Assembly: GCA_964016885.1 (NCBI GenBank)
Contig: OZ024741.1
Location: 255,750,001-255,814,000, forward strand
Direction of reading: 5' to 3'
Source of the DNA: Eledone cirrhosa
Lineage: Eukaryota
DNA length: 64,000 nucleotides
Part shown: positions 47,401 to 59,500 of the stretch, one piece after another
How positions within the stretch are numbered: the stretch's first letter is position 1
Layout: every line of letters begins with the position of its first letter
Notes under the pieces: generated by a model
Told to the model about the DNA's origin: nothing
What the model saw: only the letters and a program-made list of their open reading frames with translations
Databases searched by the model: none
Position numbers and translations under genes: made by a program

Positions 47401-50400
47401 ATTGTTGTTGTTGTTGCTGTTTTGTCTGTCAGTGCCAGTGTTGTAGTTGTTGCTGTTTTCTCTGTCAGTGCCAGTGTTGTTGTAGTTGTTGCTGTTTTAT
47501 GTGTCAGTGCCAGTGTTGTTGTTGCTGTTTTCTGTGTCAGTGCCAGTGTTGTTGTTGTTGCTATTTTCACTGTCAGTGCCAGTGTTGTTGCTGTTGCTGT
47601 TTTCTCTGTCAGTGCCAGTGATGTTGTAGTTGTTGCTGTTTTCTGTGTTAGTGCCAGTGTTGTTGTAGTTGTTGCTGTTTTCTGTGTCAGTGCCAGTGTT
47701 GTTGCTGTTGCTGTTTTCTCTGTCAGTGCCAGTGTTGTTGTAGTTGTTGCTGTTTTCTGTGTTAGTGCCAGTGTTGTTGTAGTTGTTGCTGTTTTCTGTG
47801 TCAGTGACAGTGTTGTTGCTGTTGCTGTTTTCTGTGTCAGTGCCACTGTTGTTGTTGCTGTTTTCTGTGTCTGTGCCAGTGTTGTTGTTGTTGCTGTTTT
47901 CTCTGTCAGTGCCAGTGTTGTTGTTGCTGTTTTCTCTGTCAGTGTCAGTGTTGTTGTAGTTGTTGCTGTTTTTTGTGTCAGTGCCAGTGTTGTTATAGTT
48001 GTTGCTGTTTTCTCTGTCAGTGCCAGTGTTGTTATAGTTGCTATTTTCACTGTCAGTGCCAGTGTTGTTGCTGTTGCTGTTTTCTCTGTCAGTGCCAGTG
48101 ATGTTGTAGTTGTTGCTGTTTTCTGTGTTAGTGCCAGTGTTGTTGTAGTTGTTGCTGCTTTCTGTGTCAGTGCCAGTGTTGTTGCTGTTGCTGTTTTCTT
48201 TGTCAATGCCAGTGTTGTTGTAGTTGTTGCTGCTTTCTCTGTCAGTGCCAGTGTTGTTGTAGTTGTTGCTGTTTTCTGTGTCAGTGCCAGTGTTGTTGTA
48301 GTTGTTGCTGTTTTCTGTGTCAGTGCCAGTGTTGTTGTTGTTGATGTTTTCTCTGTCAGTGCCAGTGGTGTTGTAGTTGTTGCTGTTTTCTGTGTCAGTG
48401 CCACTGTTGTTGTTGCTGTTTTCTCTGTCAGTGCCAGTGTTGTTGCTGTTGCTATTTTCACTGTCAGTGCCAGTGTTGTTGTTGTTGCTGTTTTCTGTGT
48501 CAGTGCCAGTGTTGTTGTTGTTGCTGTTTTCTTTGTCAGTGTCAGTGTTGTTGTTGTTACTGTTGCTGTTTTCTGTGTCAGTTCCAGTGTTGCTGTTGCT
48601 GTTTTCTGTGCCAGTGCCAGTGTTATTGTTGCTGTTGTTGTTGTTTTCTGTGTCAGTGCCACGGTTGTTGTTGCTGTTGTTGCTGTTTTCTGTGTCAGTG
48701 TCAGTGTTGTTGTTGCTGTTTTCTGTGTCAGTGCCAGTGTTGTTGTTGCTGTTGTTGCTGTTTTCTGTGCCAGTGTTGTTGTAGTTGTTGCTGTTTTGTG
48801 TGTCAGTGCCGGTGTTGTTGTTGTTGCTGTTTTCTCTGTCAGTGCCAGTGTTGTTGTTGTTGCTGTTTTCTCTGTCAGTGCCAGTGTTGTTGTTGTTGCT
48901 GTTTTCTGTGTCAGTGCCAGTGTTGTTGTAGTTGTTGCTGTTTTCTGTGTCAGTGCCAGTGTTGTTGTAGTTGTTGCTGTTTTCTGTGTCAGTGCCAGTG
49001 TTGTTGTAGTTGTTGCTGTTTTCTCTGTCAGTGCCAGTGTTGTTGTAGTTGTTGCTGTTTTCTCTGTCAGTGCCAGTGTTGTTGTAGTTGTTGATGTTTT
49101 CTGTGTCAATGCCAGTGTTGTTGTTGTTGCTGTTTTCTCTGTCAGTGCCAGTGTTGTAGTTGTTGCTGTTTTCTCTGTCAGTGCCAGTGTTGTTGTAGTT
49201 GTTGCTGTTTTCTGTGTCAGTGCCAGTGTTGTTGCTGTTGTTGCTGTTTTCTGTGTCAGTGCCAGTGTTGTTGTTGTTGCTGTTTTCTCTGTCAGTGCCA
49301 GTGTTTTTGTTGTTGCTGTTTTCTGTGTCAGTGCCAGTGTTGTTCTAGTTGTTGCTGTTTTCTGTGTCAGTGCCAGTGTTGTTGTAGTTGTTGCTGTTTT
49401 CTCTGTCAGTGCCAGTGTTGTTGTAGTTGTTGCTGTTTTCTCTGTCAGTGCCAGTGTTGTTGTAGTTGTTGCTGTTTTCTGTGTCAGTGCCAGTGTTGTT
49501 TTTGTTGCTGTTTTCTCTGTCAGTGCCAGTGTTGTTGTAGTTGTTGCTGTTTTCTGTGTCAGTGCCACTGTTGTTGTTGCTGTTTTCTCTGTCAGTGCCA
49601 GTGTTGTTGTAGTTGTTGCTGTTTTCTGTGTCAGTGCCAGTGTTGTTGTTGTTGCTGTTTTCTCTGTCAGTGCCAGTGATGTTGTAGTTGTTGCTGTTTT
49701 CTGTGTTAGTGCCAGTGTTGTTGTAGTTGTTGCTGTTTTCTGTGTCAGTGCCAGTGTTGTTGCTGTTGCTGTTTTCTCTGTCAGTGTCAGTGTTGTTGTA
49801 GTTGTTGCTGCTTTCTCTGTCAGTGCCAGTGTTGTTGTAGTTGTTGCTGTTTTCTGTGTCAGTGCCAGTGTTGTTGTTGTTGCTGTTTTCTCTGTCAGTG
49901 CCAGTGTTGTTGTAGTTGTTGCTGTTTTCTGTGTCAGTGCCACTGTTGTTGTTGCTGTTTTCTCTGTCAGTGCCAGTGTTGTTGTAGTTTTTGCTGTTTT
50001 CTGTGTCAGTGCCAGTGTTGTTTTTGCTGTTTTCTGTGTCAGTGCCAGTGTTGTTGTTGTTGCTGTTTTCTCTGTCAGTGCCAGTGTTGTTGCTGTTGCT
50101 ATTTTCACTGTCAGTGCCAGTGTTGTTGTTGTTGCTGTTTTCTCTGTCAGTGCCAGTGTTGTTGCTGTTGCTATTTTCACTGTCAGTGCCAGTGTTGTTG
50201 TTGTTGCTGTTTTCTGTGTCAGTGCCAGTGTTGTTGTTGTTGCTGTTTTCTTTGTCAATGCCAGTGTTGTTGTTGTTACTGTTGCTGTTTTCTGTGTCAG
50301 TGCCAGTGTTGTTGTAGTTGTTGCTGTTTTCTGTGCCAGTGCCAGTGTTATTGTTGCTGTTGTTGCTGTTTTCTGTGTCAGTGCCACAGTTGTTGCTGTT
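38500..50400. repeat. About three copies of a ~4-kb higher-order unit in array B (boundaries approximate)
   Basis: ORF series 39083/43127/47096 (+4044, +3969), 40475/44516/48377 and 42083/46052/49991. Markers CACTATCAGT and GTTTCCTGTGCCACTGCC occur once per copy. Confidence 0.85.
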
Positions 50401-53400
50401 GTTGCTGTTTTCTGTGTCAGTGCCAGTGTTGTTGTTGCTGTTTTCTCTGTCAGTGCCAGTGTTGTTGTAGCTGTTGCTGTTTTCTCTGTCAGTGCCAGTG
50501 TTGTTGTAGTTGTTGCTGTTTTCTGTGTCAGTGCCAGTGTTGTTGTAGTTGTTGCTGTTTTCTCTGTCAGTGCCAGTGTTGTTGTAGTTGTTGCTGTTTT
50601 CTCTGTCAGTGCCAGTGTTGTTGTAGTTGTTGCTGTTTTCTGTGTCAGTGCCAGTGTTGTTGTTGTTGCTGTTTTCTCTGTCAGTGCCAGTGTTGTTGTA
50701 GTTGTTGCTGTTTTCTGTGTTAGTGCCAGTGTTGTTGCTGTTGTTGCTGTTTTCTGTGTCAGTGCCAGTGTTGTTGTTGTTGCTGTTTTCTCTGTCAGTG
50801 CCAGTGTTTTTGTTGTTGCTGTTTTCTGTGTCAGTGCCAGTGTTGTTCTAGTTGTTGCTGTTTTCTGTGTCAGTGCCAGTGTTGTTTTAGTTGTTGCTGT
50901 TTTCTCTGTCAGTGCCAGTGTTGTAGTTGTTGCTGTTTTCTGTGTCAGTGCCAGTGTTGTTGTTGTTGCTGTTTTCTCTGTCAGTGCCAGTGTTGTTGTA
51001 GTTGTTGCTGTTTTCTCTGTCAGTGCCAGTGTTGTTGTAGTTGTTGCTGTTTTCTGTGTCAGTGCCGGTGTTGTTGTTGTTGCTGTTTTCTCTGTCAATG
51101 CCAGTGTTGTTGTTGTTGCTGTTTTCTCTGTCAGTGGCAGTGTTGTTGTTGTTGCTGTTTTCTCTGTCAGTGCCAGTGTTGTTGTAGTTGTTGCTGTTTT
51201 CTGTGTTAGTGCCAGTGTTGTTGTAGTTGTTGCTGTTTTCTGTGTCAGTGACAGTGTTGTTGCTGTTGCTGTTTTCTGTGTCAGTGCCACTGTTGTTGTT
51301 GCTGTTTTCTGTGTCTGTGCCAGTGTTGTTGTTGTTGCTGTTTTCTCTGTCAGTGCCAGTGTTGTTGTTGCTGTTTTCTCTGTCAGTGTCAGTGTTGTTG
51401 TAGTTGTTGCTGTTTTTTGTGTCAGTGCCAGTGTTGTTATAGTTGTTGCTGTTTTCTCTGTCAGTGCCAGTGTTGTTATAGTTGCTATTTTCACTGTCAG
51501 TGCCAGTGTTGTTGCTGTTGCTGTTTTCTCTGTCAGTGCCAGTGATGTTGTAGTTGTTGCTGTTTTCTGTGTTAGTGCCAGTGTTGTTGTAGTTGTTGCT
51601 GCTTTCTGTGTCAGTGCCAGTGTTGTTGCTGTTGCTGTTTTCTTTGTCAATGCCAGTGTTGTTGTAGTTGTTGCTGCTTTCTCTGTCAGTGCCAGTGTTG
51701 TTGTAGTTGTTGCTGTTTTCTGTGTCAGTGCCAGTGTTGTTGTAGTTGTTGCTGTTTTCTGTGTCAGTGCCAGTGTTGTTGTTGTTGATGTTTTCTCTGT
51801 CAGTGCCAGTGGTGTTGTAGTTGTTGCTGTTTTCTGTGTCAGTGCCACTGTTGTTGTTGCTGTTTTCTCTGTCAGTGCCAGTGTTGTTGCTGTTGCTATT
51901 TTCACTGTCAGTGCCAGTGTTGTTGTTGTTGCTGTTTTCTGTGTCAGTGCCAGTGTTGTTGTTGTTGCTGTTTTCTTTGTCAGTGTCAGTGTTGTTGTTG
52001 TTACTGTTGCTGTTTTCTGTGTCAGTTCCAGTGTTGCTGTTGCTGTTTTCTGTGCCAGTGCCAGTGTTATTGTTGCTGTTGTTGTTGTTTTCTGTGTCAG
52101 TGCCACGGTTGTTGTTGCTGTTGTTGCTGTTTTCTGTGTCAGTGTCAGTGTTGTTGTTGCTGTTTTCTGTGTCAGTGCCAGTGTTGTTGTTGCTGTTGTT
52201 GCTGTTTTCTGTGCCAGTGTTGTTGTAGTTGTTGCTGTTTTGTGTGTCAGTGCCGGTGTTGTTGTTGTTGCTGTTTTCTCTGTCAGTGCCAGTGTTGTTG
52301 TTGTTGCTGTTTTCTCTGTCAGTGCCAGTGTTGTTGTTGTTGCTGTTTTCTGTGTCAGTGCCAGTGTTGTTGTAGTTGTTGCTGTTTTCTGTGTCAGTGC
52401 CAGTGTTGTTGTAGTTGTTGCTGTTTTCTGTGTCAGTGCCAGTGTTGTTGTAGTTGTTGCTGTTTTCTCTGTCAGTGCCAGTGTTGTTGTAGTTGTTGCT
52501 GTTTTCTCTGTCAGTGCCAGTGTTGTTGTAGTTGTTGATGTTTTCTGTGTCAATGCCAGTGTTGTTGTTGTTGCTGTTTTCTCTGTCAGTGCCAGTGTTG
52601 TAGTTGTTGCTGTTTTCTCTGTCAGTGCCAGTGTTGTTGTAGTTGTTGCTGTTTTCTGTGTCAGTGCCAGTGTTGTTGCTGTTGTTGCTGTTTTCTGTGT
52701 CAGTGCCAGTGTTGTTGTTGTTGCTGTTTTCTCTGTCAGTGCCAGTGTTTTTGTTGTTGCTGTTTTCTGTGTCAGTGCCAGTGTTGTTCTAGTTGTTGCT
52801 GTTTTCTGTGTCAGTGCCAGTGTTGTTGTAGTTGTTGCTGTTTTCTCTGTCAGTGCCAGTGTTGTTGTAGTTGTTGCTGTTTTCTCTGTCAGTGCCAGTG
52901 TTGTTGTAGTTGTTGCTGTTTTCTGTGTCAGTGCCAGTGTTGTTTTTGTTGCTGTTTTCTCTGTCAGTGCCAGTGTTGTTGTAGTTGTTGCTGTTTTCTG
53001 TGTCAGTGCCACTGTTGTTGTTGCTGTTTTCTCTGTCAGTGCCAGTGTTGTTGTAGTTGTTGCTGTTTTCTGTGTCAGTGCCAGTGTTGTTGTTGTTGCT
53101 GTTTTCTCTGTCAGTGCCAGTGATGTTGTAGTTGTTGCTGTTTTCTGTGTTAGTGCCAGTGTTGTTGTAGTTGTTGCTGTTTTCTGTGTCAGTGCCAGTG
53201 TTGTTGCTGTTGCTGTTTTCTCTGTCAGTGTCAGTGTTGTTGTAGTTGTTGCTGCTTTCTCTGTCAGTGCCAGTGTTGTTGTAGTTGTTGCTGTTTTCTG
53301 TGTCAGTGCCAGTGTTGTTGTTGTTGCTGTTTTCTCTGTCAGTGCCAGTGTTGTTGTAGTTGTTGCTGTTTTCTGTGTCAGTGCCACTGTTGTTGTTGCT

Positions 53401-54580
53401 GTTTTCTCTGTCAGTGCCAGTGTTGTTGTAGTTTTTGCTGTTTTCTGTGTCAGTGCCAGTGTTGTTTTTGCTGTTTTCTGTGTCAGTGCCAGTGTTGTTG
53501 TTGTTGCTGTTTTCTCTGTCAGTGCCAGTGTTGTTGCTGTTGCTATTTTCACTGTCAGTGCCAGTGTTGTTGTTGTTGCTGTTTTCTCTGTCAGTGCCAG
53601 TGTTGTTGCTGTTGCTATTTTCACTGTCAGTGCCAGTGTTGTTGTTGTTGCTGTTTTCTGTGTCAGTGCCAGTGTTGTTGTTGTTGCTGTTTTCTTTGTC
53701 AATGCCAGTGTTGTTGTTGTTACTGTTGCTGTTTTCTGTGTCAGTGCCAGTGTTGTTGTAGTTGTTGCTGTTTTCTGTGCCAGTGCCAGTGTTATTGTTG
53801 CTGTTGTTGCTGTTTTCTGTGTCAGTGCCACAGTTGTTGCTGTTGTTGCTGTTTTCTGTGTCAGTGCCAGTGTTGTTGTTGCTGTTTTCTCTGTCAGTGC
53901 CAGTGTTGTTGTAGCTGTTGCTGTTTTCTCTGTCAGTGCCAGTGTTGTTGTAGTTGTTGCTGTTTTCTGTGTCAGTGCCAGTGTTGTTGTAGTTGTTGCT
54001 GTTTTCTCTGTCAGTGCCAGTGTTGTTGTAGTTGTTGCTGTTTTCTCTGTCAGTGCCAGTGTTGTTGTAGTTGTTGCTGTTTTCTGTGTCAGTGCCAGTG
54101 TTGTTGTTGTTGCTGTTTTCTCTGTCAGTGCCAGTGTTGTTGTAGTTGTTGCTGTTTTCTGTGTTAGTGCCAGTGTTGTTGCTGTTGTTGCTGTTTTCTG
54201 TGTCAGTGCCAGTGTTGTTGTTGTTGCTGTTTTCTCTGTCAGTGCCAGTGTTTTTGTTGTTGCTGTTTTCTGTGTCAGTGCCAGTGTTGTTCTAGTTGTT
54301 GCTGTTTTCTGTGTCAGTGCCAGTGTTGTTTTAGTTGTTGCTGTTTTCTCTGTCAGTGCCAGTGTTGTAGTTGTTGCTGTTTTCTGTGTCAGTGCCAGTG
54401 TTGTTGTTGTTGCTGTTTTCTCTGTCAGTGCCAGTGTTGTTGTAGTTGTTGCTGTTTTCTCTGTCAGTGCCAGTGTTGTTGTAGTTGTTGCTGTTTTCTG
54501 TGTCAGTGCCGGTGTTGTTGTTGTTGCTGTTTTCTCTGTCAATGCCAGTGTTGTTGTTGTTGCTGTTTTCTCTGTCAGTG
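47706..54580. repeat. 3444-bp tandem duplication in array B (~47706-51136 and ~51150-54580)
   Basis: ORF pairs 48377/51821, 48798/52242 and 49991/53435 are all +3444. Private variants GCCAGTGGTG and GTTATAGTTGCTATT appear in both copies. Confidence 0.9.
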
Positions 54581-56559
54581 CCAGTGTTGTTGTTGTTGCT
54601 GTTTTCTGTGTCAGTGCCAGTGTTGTTGTTGCTGTTTTCTGTGTCAGTGCCAGTGTTGTTGTAGTTGTTGCTGTTTTCTGTGCCAGTGCCAGTGTTGTTG
54701 TAGTTGTTGCTGTTTTCAGTGTCAGTGCCAGTGTTGTTGTAGTTGTTGCTGTTTTCTCTGTGAGTGCCAGTGTTGTTGTAGTTGTTGCTGTTTTCTCTGT
54801 CAGTGCCAGTGTTGTTGTAGTTGTTGCTGTTTTCTGTGTCAGTGCCAGTGTTGTTGTTGTTGCTGTTTTCTCTGTCAGTGCCAGTGTTGTTGTAGTTGTT
54901 GCTGTTTTCTGTGGCAGTGCCAGTGTTGTTGTAGTTGTTGCTGTTTTCTCTGTCAGTGCCAGTGTTGTTGTAGTTGTTGCTGTTTTCTGTGTCAGTGCCA
55001 GTGTTGTTGTTGCTGTTTTCTCTGTCAGTGCCAGTGTTGTTGTAGTTGTTGCTGTTTTCTCTGTCAGTGCCAGTGATGTTGTAGTTGTTGCTGTTTTCTG
55101 TGTTAGTGCCAGTGTTGTTGTAGTTGTTGCTGTTTTCTGTGTCAGTGCCAGTGTTGTTGCTGTTGCTGTTTTCTCTGTCAGTGCCAGTGTTGTTGTAGTT
55201 GTTGCTGCTTTCTCTGTCAGTGCCAGTGTTGTTGTAGTTGTTGCTGTTTTCTGTGTCAGTGCCAGTGTTGTTGTTGTTGCTGTTTTCTCTGTCAGTGCCA
55301 GTGTTGTTGTAGTTGTTGCTGTTTTCTGTGTCAGTGCCACTGTTGTTGTTGCTGTTTTCTCTGTCAGTGCCAGTGTTGTTGTAGTTTTTGCTGTTTTCTG
55401 TGTCAGTGCCAGTGTTGTTGTTGCTGTTTTCTGTGTCAGTGCCAGTGTTGTTGTTGTTGCTGTTTTCTCTGTCAGTGCCAGTGTTGTTGCTGTTGCTATT
55501 TTCACTGTCAGTGCCAGTGTTGTTGTTGTTGCTGTTTTCTGTGTCAGTGCCAGTGTTGTTGTTGTTGCTGTTTTCTTTGTCAGTGCCAGTGTTGTTGTTG
55601 TTACTGTTGCTGTTTTCTGTGTCAGTTCCAGTGTTGCTGTTGCTGTTTTCTGTGCCAGTGCCAGTGTTATTGTTGCTGTTGTTGCTGTTTTCTGTGTCAG
55701 TTCCACGGTTGTTGTTGCTGTTGTTGCTGTTTTCTGTGTCACTGCCAGTGTTGTTGTTGCTGTTTTCTGTGTCAGTGCCAGTGTTGTTGTTGCTGTTGTT
55801 GCTGTTTTCTGTGCAAGTGTTGTTGTAGTTGTTGCTGTTTTCTGTGTCAGTGCCGGTGTTGTTGTTGTTGCTGTTTTCTCTGTCAGTGCCAGTGTTGTTG
55901 TTGTTGCTGTTTTCTCTGTCAGTGCCAGTGTTGTTGTTGTTGCTGTTTTCTGTGTCAGTGCCAGTGTTGTTGTAGTTGTTGCTGTTTTCTGTGTCAGTGC
56001 CAGTGTTGTTGTAGTTGTTGCTGTTTTCTGTGTCAGTGCCAGTGTTGTTGTAGTTGTTGCTGTTTTCTCTGTCCGTGCCAGTGTTGTTGTAGTTGTTGCT
56101 GTTTTCTCTGTCAGTGCCAGTGTTGTTGTAGTTGTTGATGTTTTCTGTGTCAATGCCAGTGTTGTTGTTGTTGCTGTTTTCTCTGTCAGTGCCAGTGTTG
56201 TAGTTGTTGCTGTTTTCTCTGTCAGTGCCAGTGTTGTTGCTGTTGCTGTTTTCTCTGTCAGTGCCAGTGTTGTTGTAGTTGTTGCTGCTTTCTCTGTCAG
56301 TGCCAGTGTTGTTGTAGTTGTTGCTGTTTTCTGTGTCAGTGCCAGTGTTGTTGTTGTTGCTGTTTTCTCTGTCAATGCCAGTGTTGTTGTAGTTGTTGCT
56401 GTTTTCTGTGTCAGTGCCACTGTTGTTGTTGCTGTTTTCTGTGTCAGTGCCAGTGTTGTTGTTGTTGCTGTTTTCTCTGTCAGTGCCAGTGTTGTTGTTG
56501 CTGTTTTCTCTGTCAGTGCCAGTGTTGTTGTTGTTGCTGTTTTCTGTGTCAGTGCCAGT

Positions 56560-59500
56560 GTTGTTGTAGTTGTTGCTGTTTTCTGTGTCAGTGCCAGTGT
56601 TGTGGTAGTTGTTGCTGTTTTCTGTGTCAGTGCCAGTGTTGTTGTAGTTGTTGCTGTTTTCTGTGTCAGTGCCAGTGTTGTTGTAGTTGTTGCTGTTTTC
56701 TCTGTCAGTGTCAGTGTTGCTGTAGTTGTTGATGTTTTCTGTGTCAATGCCAGTCTTGTTGTTGTTGCTGTTTTCTCTGTCAGTGCCAGTGTTGTAGATG
56801 TTGCTGTTTACTCTGTCAGTGCCAGTGTTGTTGTAGTTGTTGCTGTTTTCTGTGTCAGTGCCAGTGTTGTTGCTGTTGTTGCTGTTTTCTGTGTCAGTGC
56901 CAGTGTTGTTGTTGTTGCTGTTTTCTCTGTCAGTGCCAGTGTTTTTGTTGTTGCTGTTTTCTGTGTCAGTGCCAGTGTTTTTCTAGTTGTTGCTGTTTTC
57001 TGTGTCAGTGCCAGTGTTGTTTTAGTTGTTGCTGTTTTCTCTGTCAGTGCCAGTGTTGTAGTTGTTGCTGTTTTCTGTGTCAGTGCCAGTGTTGTTGTTG
57101 TTGCTGTTTTCTCTGTCAGTGCCAGTGTTGTTGTAGTTGTTGCTGTTTTCTCTGTCAGTGCCAGTGTTGTTGTAGTTGTTGCTGTTTTCTGTGTCAGTGC
57201 CGGTGTTGTTGTTGTTGCTGTTTTCTCTGTCAATGCCAGTGTTGTTGTTGTTGCTGTTTTCTCTGTCAGTGCCAGTGTTGTTGTTGTTGCTGTTTTCTGT
57301 GTCAGTGCCAGTGTTGTTGTTGTTGCTGTTTTCTGTGTCAGTGCCAGTGTTGTTGTAGTTGTTGCTGTTTTCTGTGCCAGTGCCAGTGTTGTTGTAGTTG
57401 TTGCTGTTTTCTGTGTCAGTGCCAGTGTTGTTGTAGTTGTTGCTGTTTTCTCTGTGAGTGCCAGTGTTGTTGTAGTTGTTGCTGTTTTCTGTGTCAGTGC
57501 CAGTGTTGTTGTAGTTGTTGCTGTTTTCTCTGTCAGTGCCAGTGTTGTTGTAGTTGTTGCTGTTTTCTGTGTCAGTGCCAGTGTTGTTGTTGCTGTTTTC
57601 TCTGTCAGTGCCAGTGTTGTTGTAGTTGTTGCTGTTTTCTCTGTCAGTGCCAGTGATGTTGTAGTTGTTGCTGTTTTCTGTGTTAGTGCCAGTGTTGTTG
57701 TAGTTGTTGCTGTTTTCTGTGTCAGTGCCAGTGTTGTTGCTGTTGCTGTTTTCTCTGTCAGTGCCAGTGTTGTTGTAGTTGTTGCTGCTTTCTCTGTCAG
57801 TGCCAGTGTTGTTGTAGTTGTTGCTGTTTTCTGTGTCAGTGCCAGTGTTGTTGTTGTTGCTGTTTTCTCTGTCAGTGCCAGTGTTGTTGTAGTTGTTGCT
57901 GTTTTCTGTGTCAGTGCCAATGTTGTTGTTGCTGTTTTCTCTGTCAGTGCCAGAGTTGTTGTAGTTTTTGCTGTTTTCTGTGTCAGTGCCAGTGTTGTTG
58001 TTGCTGTTTTCTGTGTCAGTGCCAGTGTTGTTGTTGTTGCTGCTTTCTCTGTCAGTGCCAGTGTTGTTGCTGTTGTTATTTTCACTGTCAGTGCCAGTGT
58101 TGTTGTTGTTGCTGTTTTCTGTGTCAGTGCCAGTGTTGTTGTTGTTGCTGTTTTCTTTGTCAGTGCCAGTGTTGTTGTTGTTACTGTTGCTGTTTTCTGT
58201 GTCAGTTCCAGTGTTGCTGTTGCTGTTTTCTGTGCCAGTGCCAGTGTTATTGTTGCTGTTGTTGCTGTTTTCTGTGTCAGTGCCACGGTTGTTGTTGCTG
58301 TTGTTGCTGTTTTCTGTGTCAGTGACAGTGTTGTTGTTGCTGTTTTCTGTGTCAGTGCCAGTGTTGTTGTTGCTGTTGTTGCTGTTTTCTATGCCAGTGT
58401 TGTTGTAGTTGTTGCTGTTTTCTGTGTCAGTGCCGGTGTTGTTGTTGTTGCTGTTTTCTCTGTCAGTGCCAGTGTTGTTGTTGTTGCTGTTTTCTCTGTC
58501 AGTGCCAGTGTTGTTGTTGTTGCTGTTTTCTGTGTCAGTGCCAGTGTTGTTGTAGTTGTTGCTGTTTTCTGTGTCAGTGTCAGTGTTGTTGTAGTTGTTG
58601 CTGTTTTCTGTGTCAGTGCCAGTGTTGTTGTAGTTGTTGCTGTTTTCTCTGTCAGTGCCAGTGTTGTTGTAGTTGTTGCTGTTTTCTCTGTCAGTGCCAG
58701 TGTTGTTGTAGTTGTTGATGTTTTCTGTGTCAATGCCAGTGTTGTTGTTGTTGCTGTTTTCTCTGTCAGTGCCAGTGTTGTAGTTGTTGCTGTTTTCTCT
58801 GTCAGTGCCAGTGTTGTTGTAGTTGTTGCTGTTTTCTGTGTCAGTGCCAGTGTTGTTGCTGTTGTTGCTGTTTTCTGTGTCAGTGCCAGTGTTGTTGTTG
58901 TTGCTGTTTTCTCTGTCAGTGCCAGTGTTTTTGTTGTTGCTGTTTTCTGTGTCAGTGCCAGTGTTGTTCTAGTTGTTGCTGTTTTCTGTGTCAGTGCCAA
59001 TGTTGTTGTAGTTGTTGCTGTTTTCTCTGTCAGTGCCAGTGTTGTTGTAGTTGTTGCTGTTTTCTCTGTCAGTGACAGTGTTGTTGAAGTTGTTGCTGTT
59101 TTCTGTGTCAGTGCCAGTGTTGTTGTTGTTGCTGTTTTCTCTGTCAGTGCCAGTGTTGTTGTAGTTATTGCTGTTTTCTGTGTCAGTGCCACTGTTGTTG
59201 TTGCTGTTTTCTGTGTCGGTGCCAGTGTTGTTGTTGTTGCTGTTTTCTCTGTCAGTGCCAGTGTTGTTGTAGTTGTTGCTGTTTTCTGTGTCAGTGCCAG
59301 TGTTGTTGTTGTTGCTGTTTTCTCTGTCAGTGCCAGTGTTGTTGTAGTTGTTGCTGTTTTCTGTGTCAGTGCCAGTGTTGTTGCTGTTGCTGTTTTCTCT
59401 GTCAGTGCCAGTGTTGTTGTAGTTGTTGCTGCTTTCTCTGTCAGTGCCAGTGTTGTTGTAGTTGTTGCTGTTTTCTGTGTCAGTGCCAGTGTTGTTGTTG

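Larger units (their letters stand above)
25980..56747 (-). other. 10,255-codon Thr-rich repeat ORF (LALT[Q/E]KTATTTTT)n. The ORF is real, but it is probably a non-coding by-product of array B; confidence given is that it is a gene.
   Basis: From the ORF track. It has a TTG start and is entirely repeat, with no signal peptide or unique domain. In-frame stops lie upstream (56808, 58389, 60111, 61581) and a 1-bp deletion at ~26014 ends it. Confidence 0.12.

Noticed and set aside
25980-56747. Antifreeze glycoprotein gene
   Set aside because: AFGPs are (Thr-Ala/Pro-Ala)n tripeptide polymers. This repeat is an 11-13-residue LALT[Q/E]KTAT(n) unit without that periodicity.
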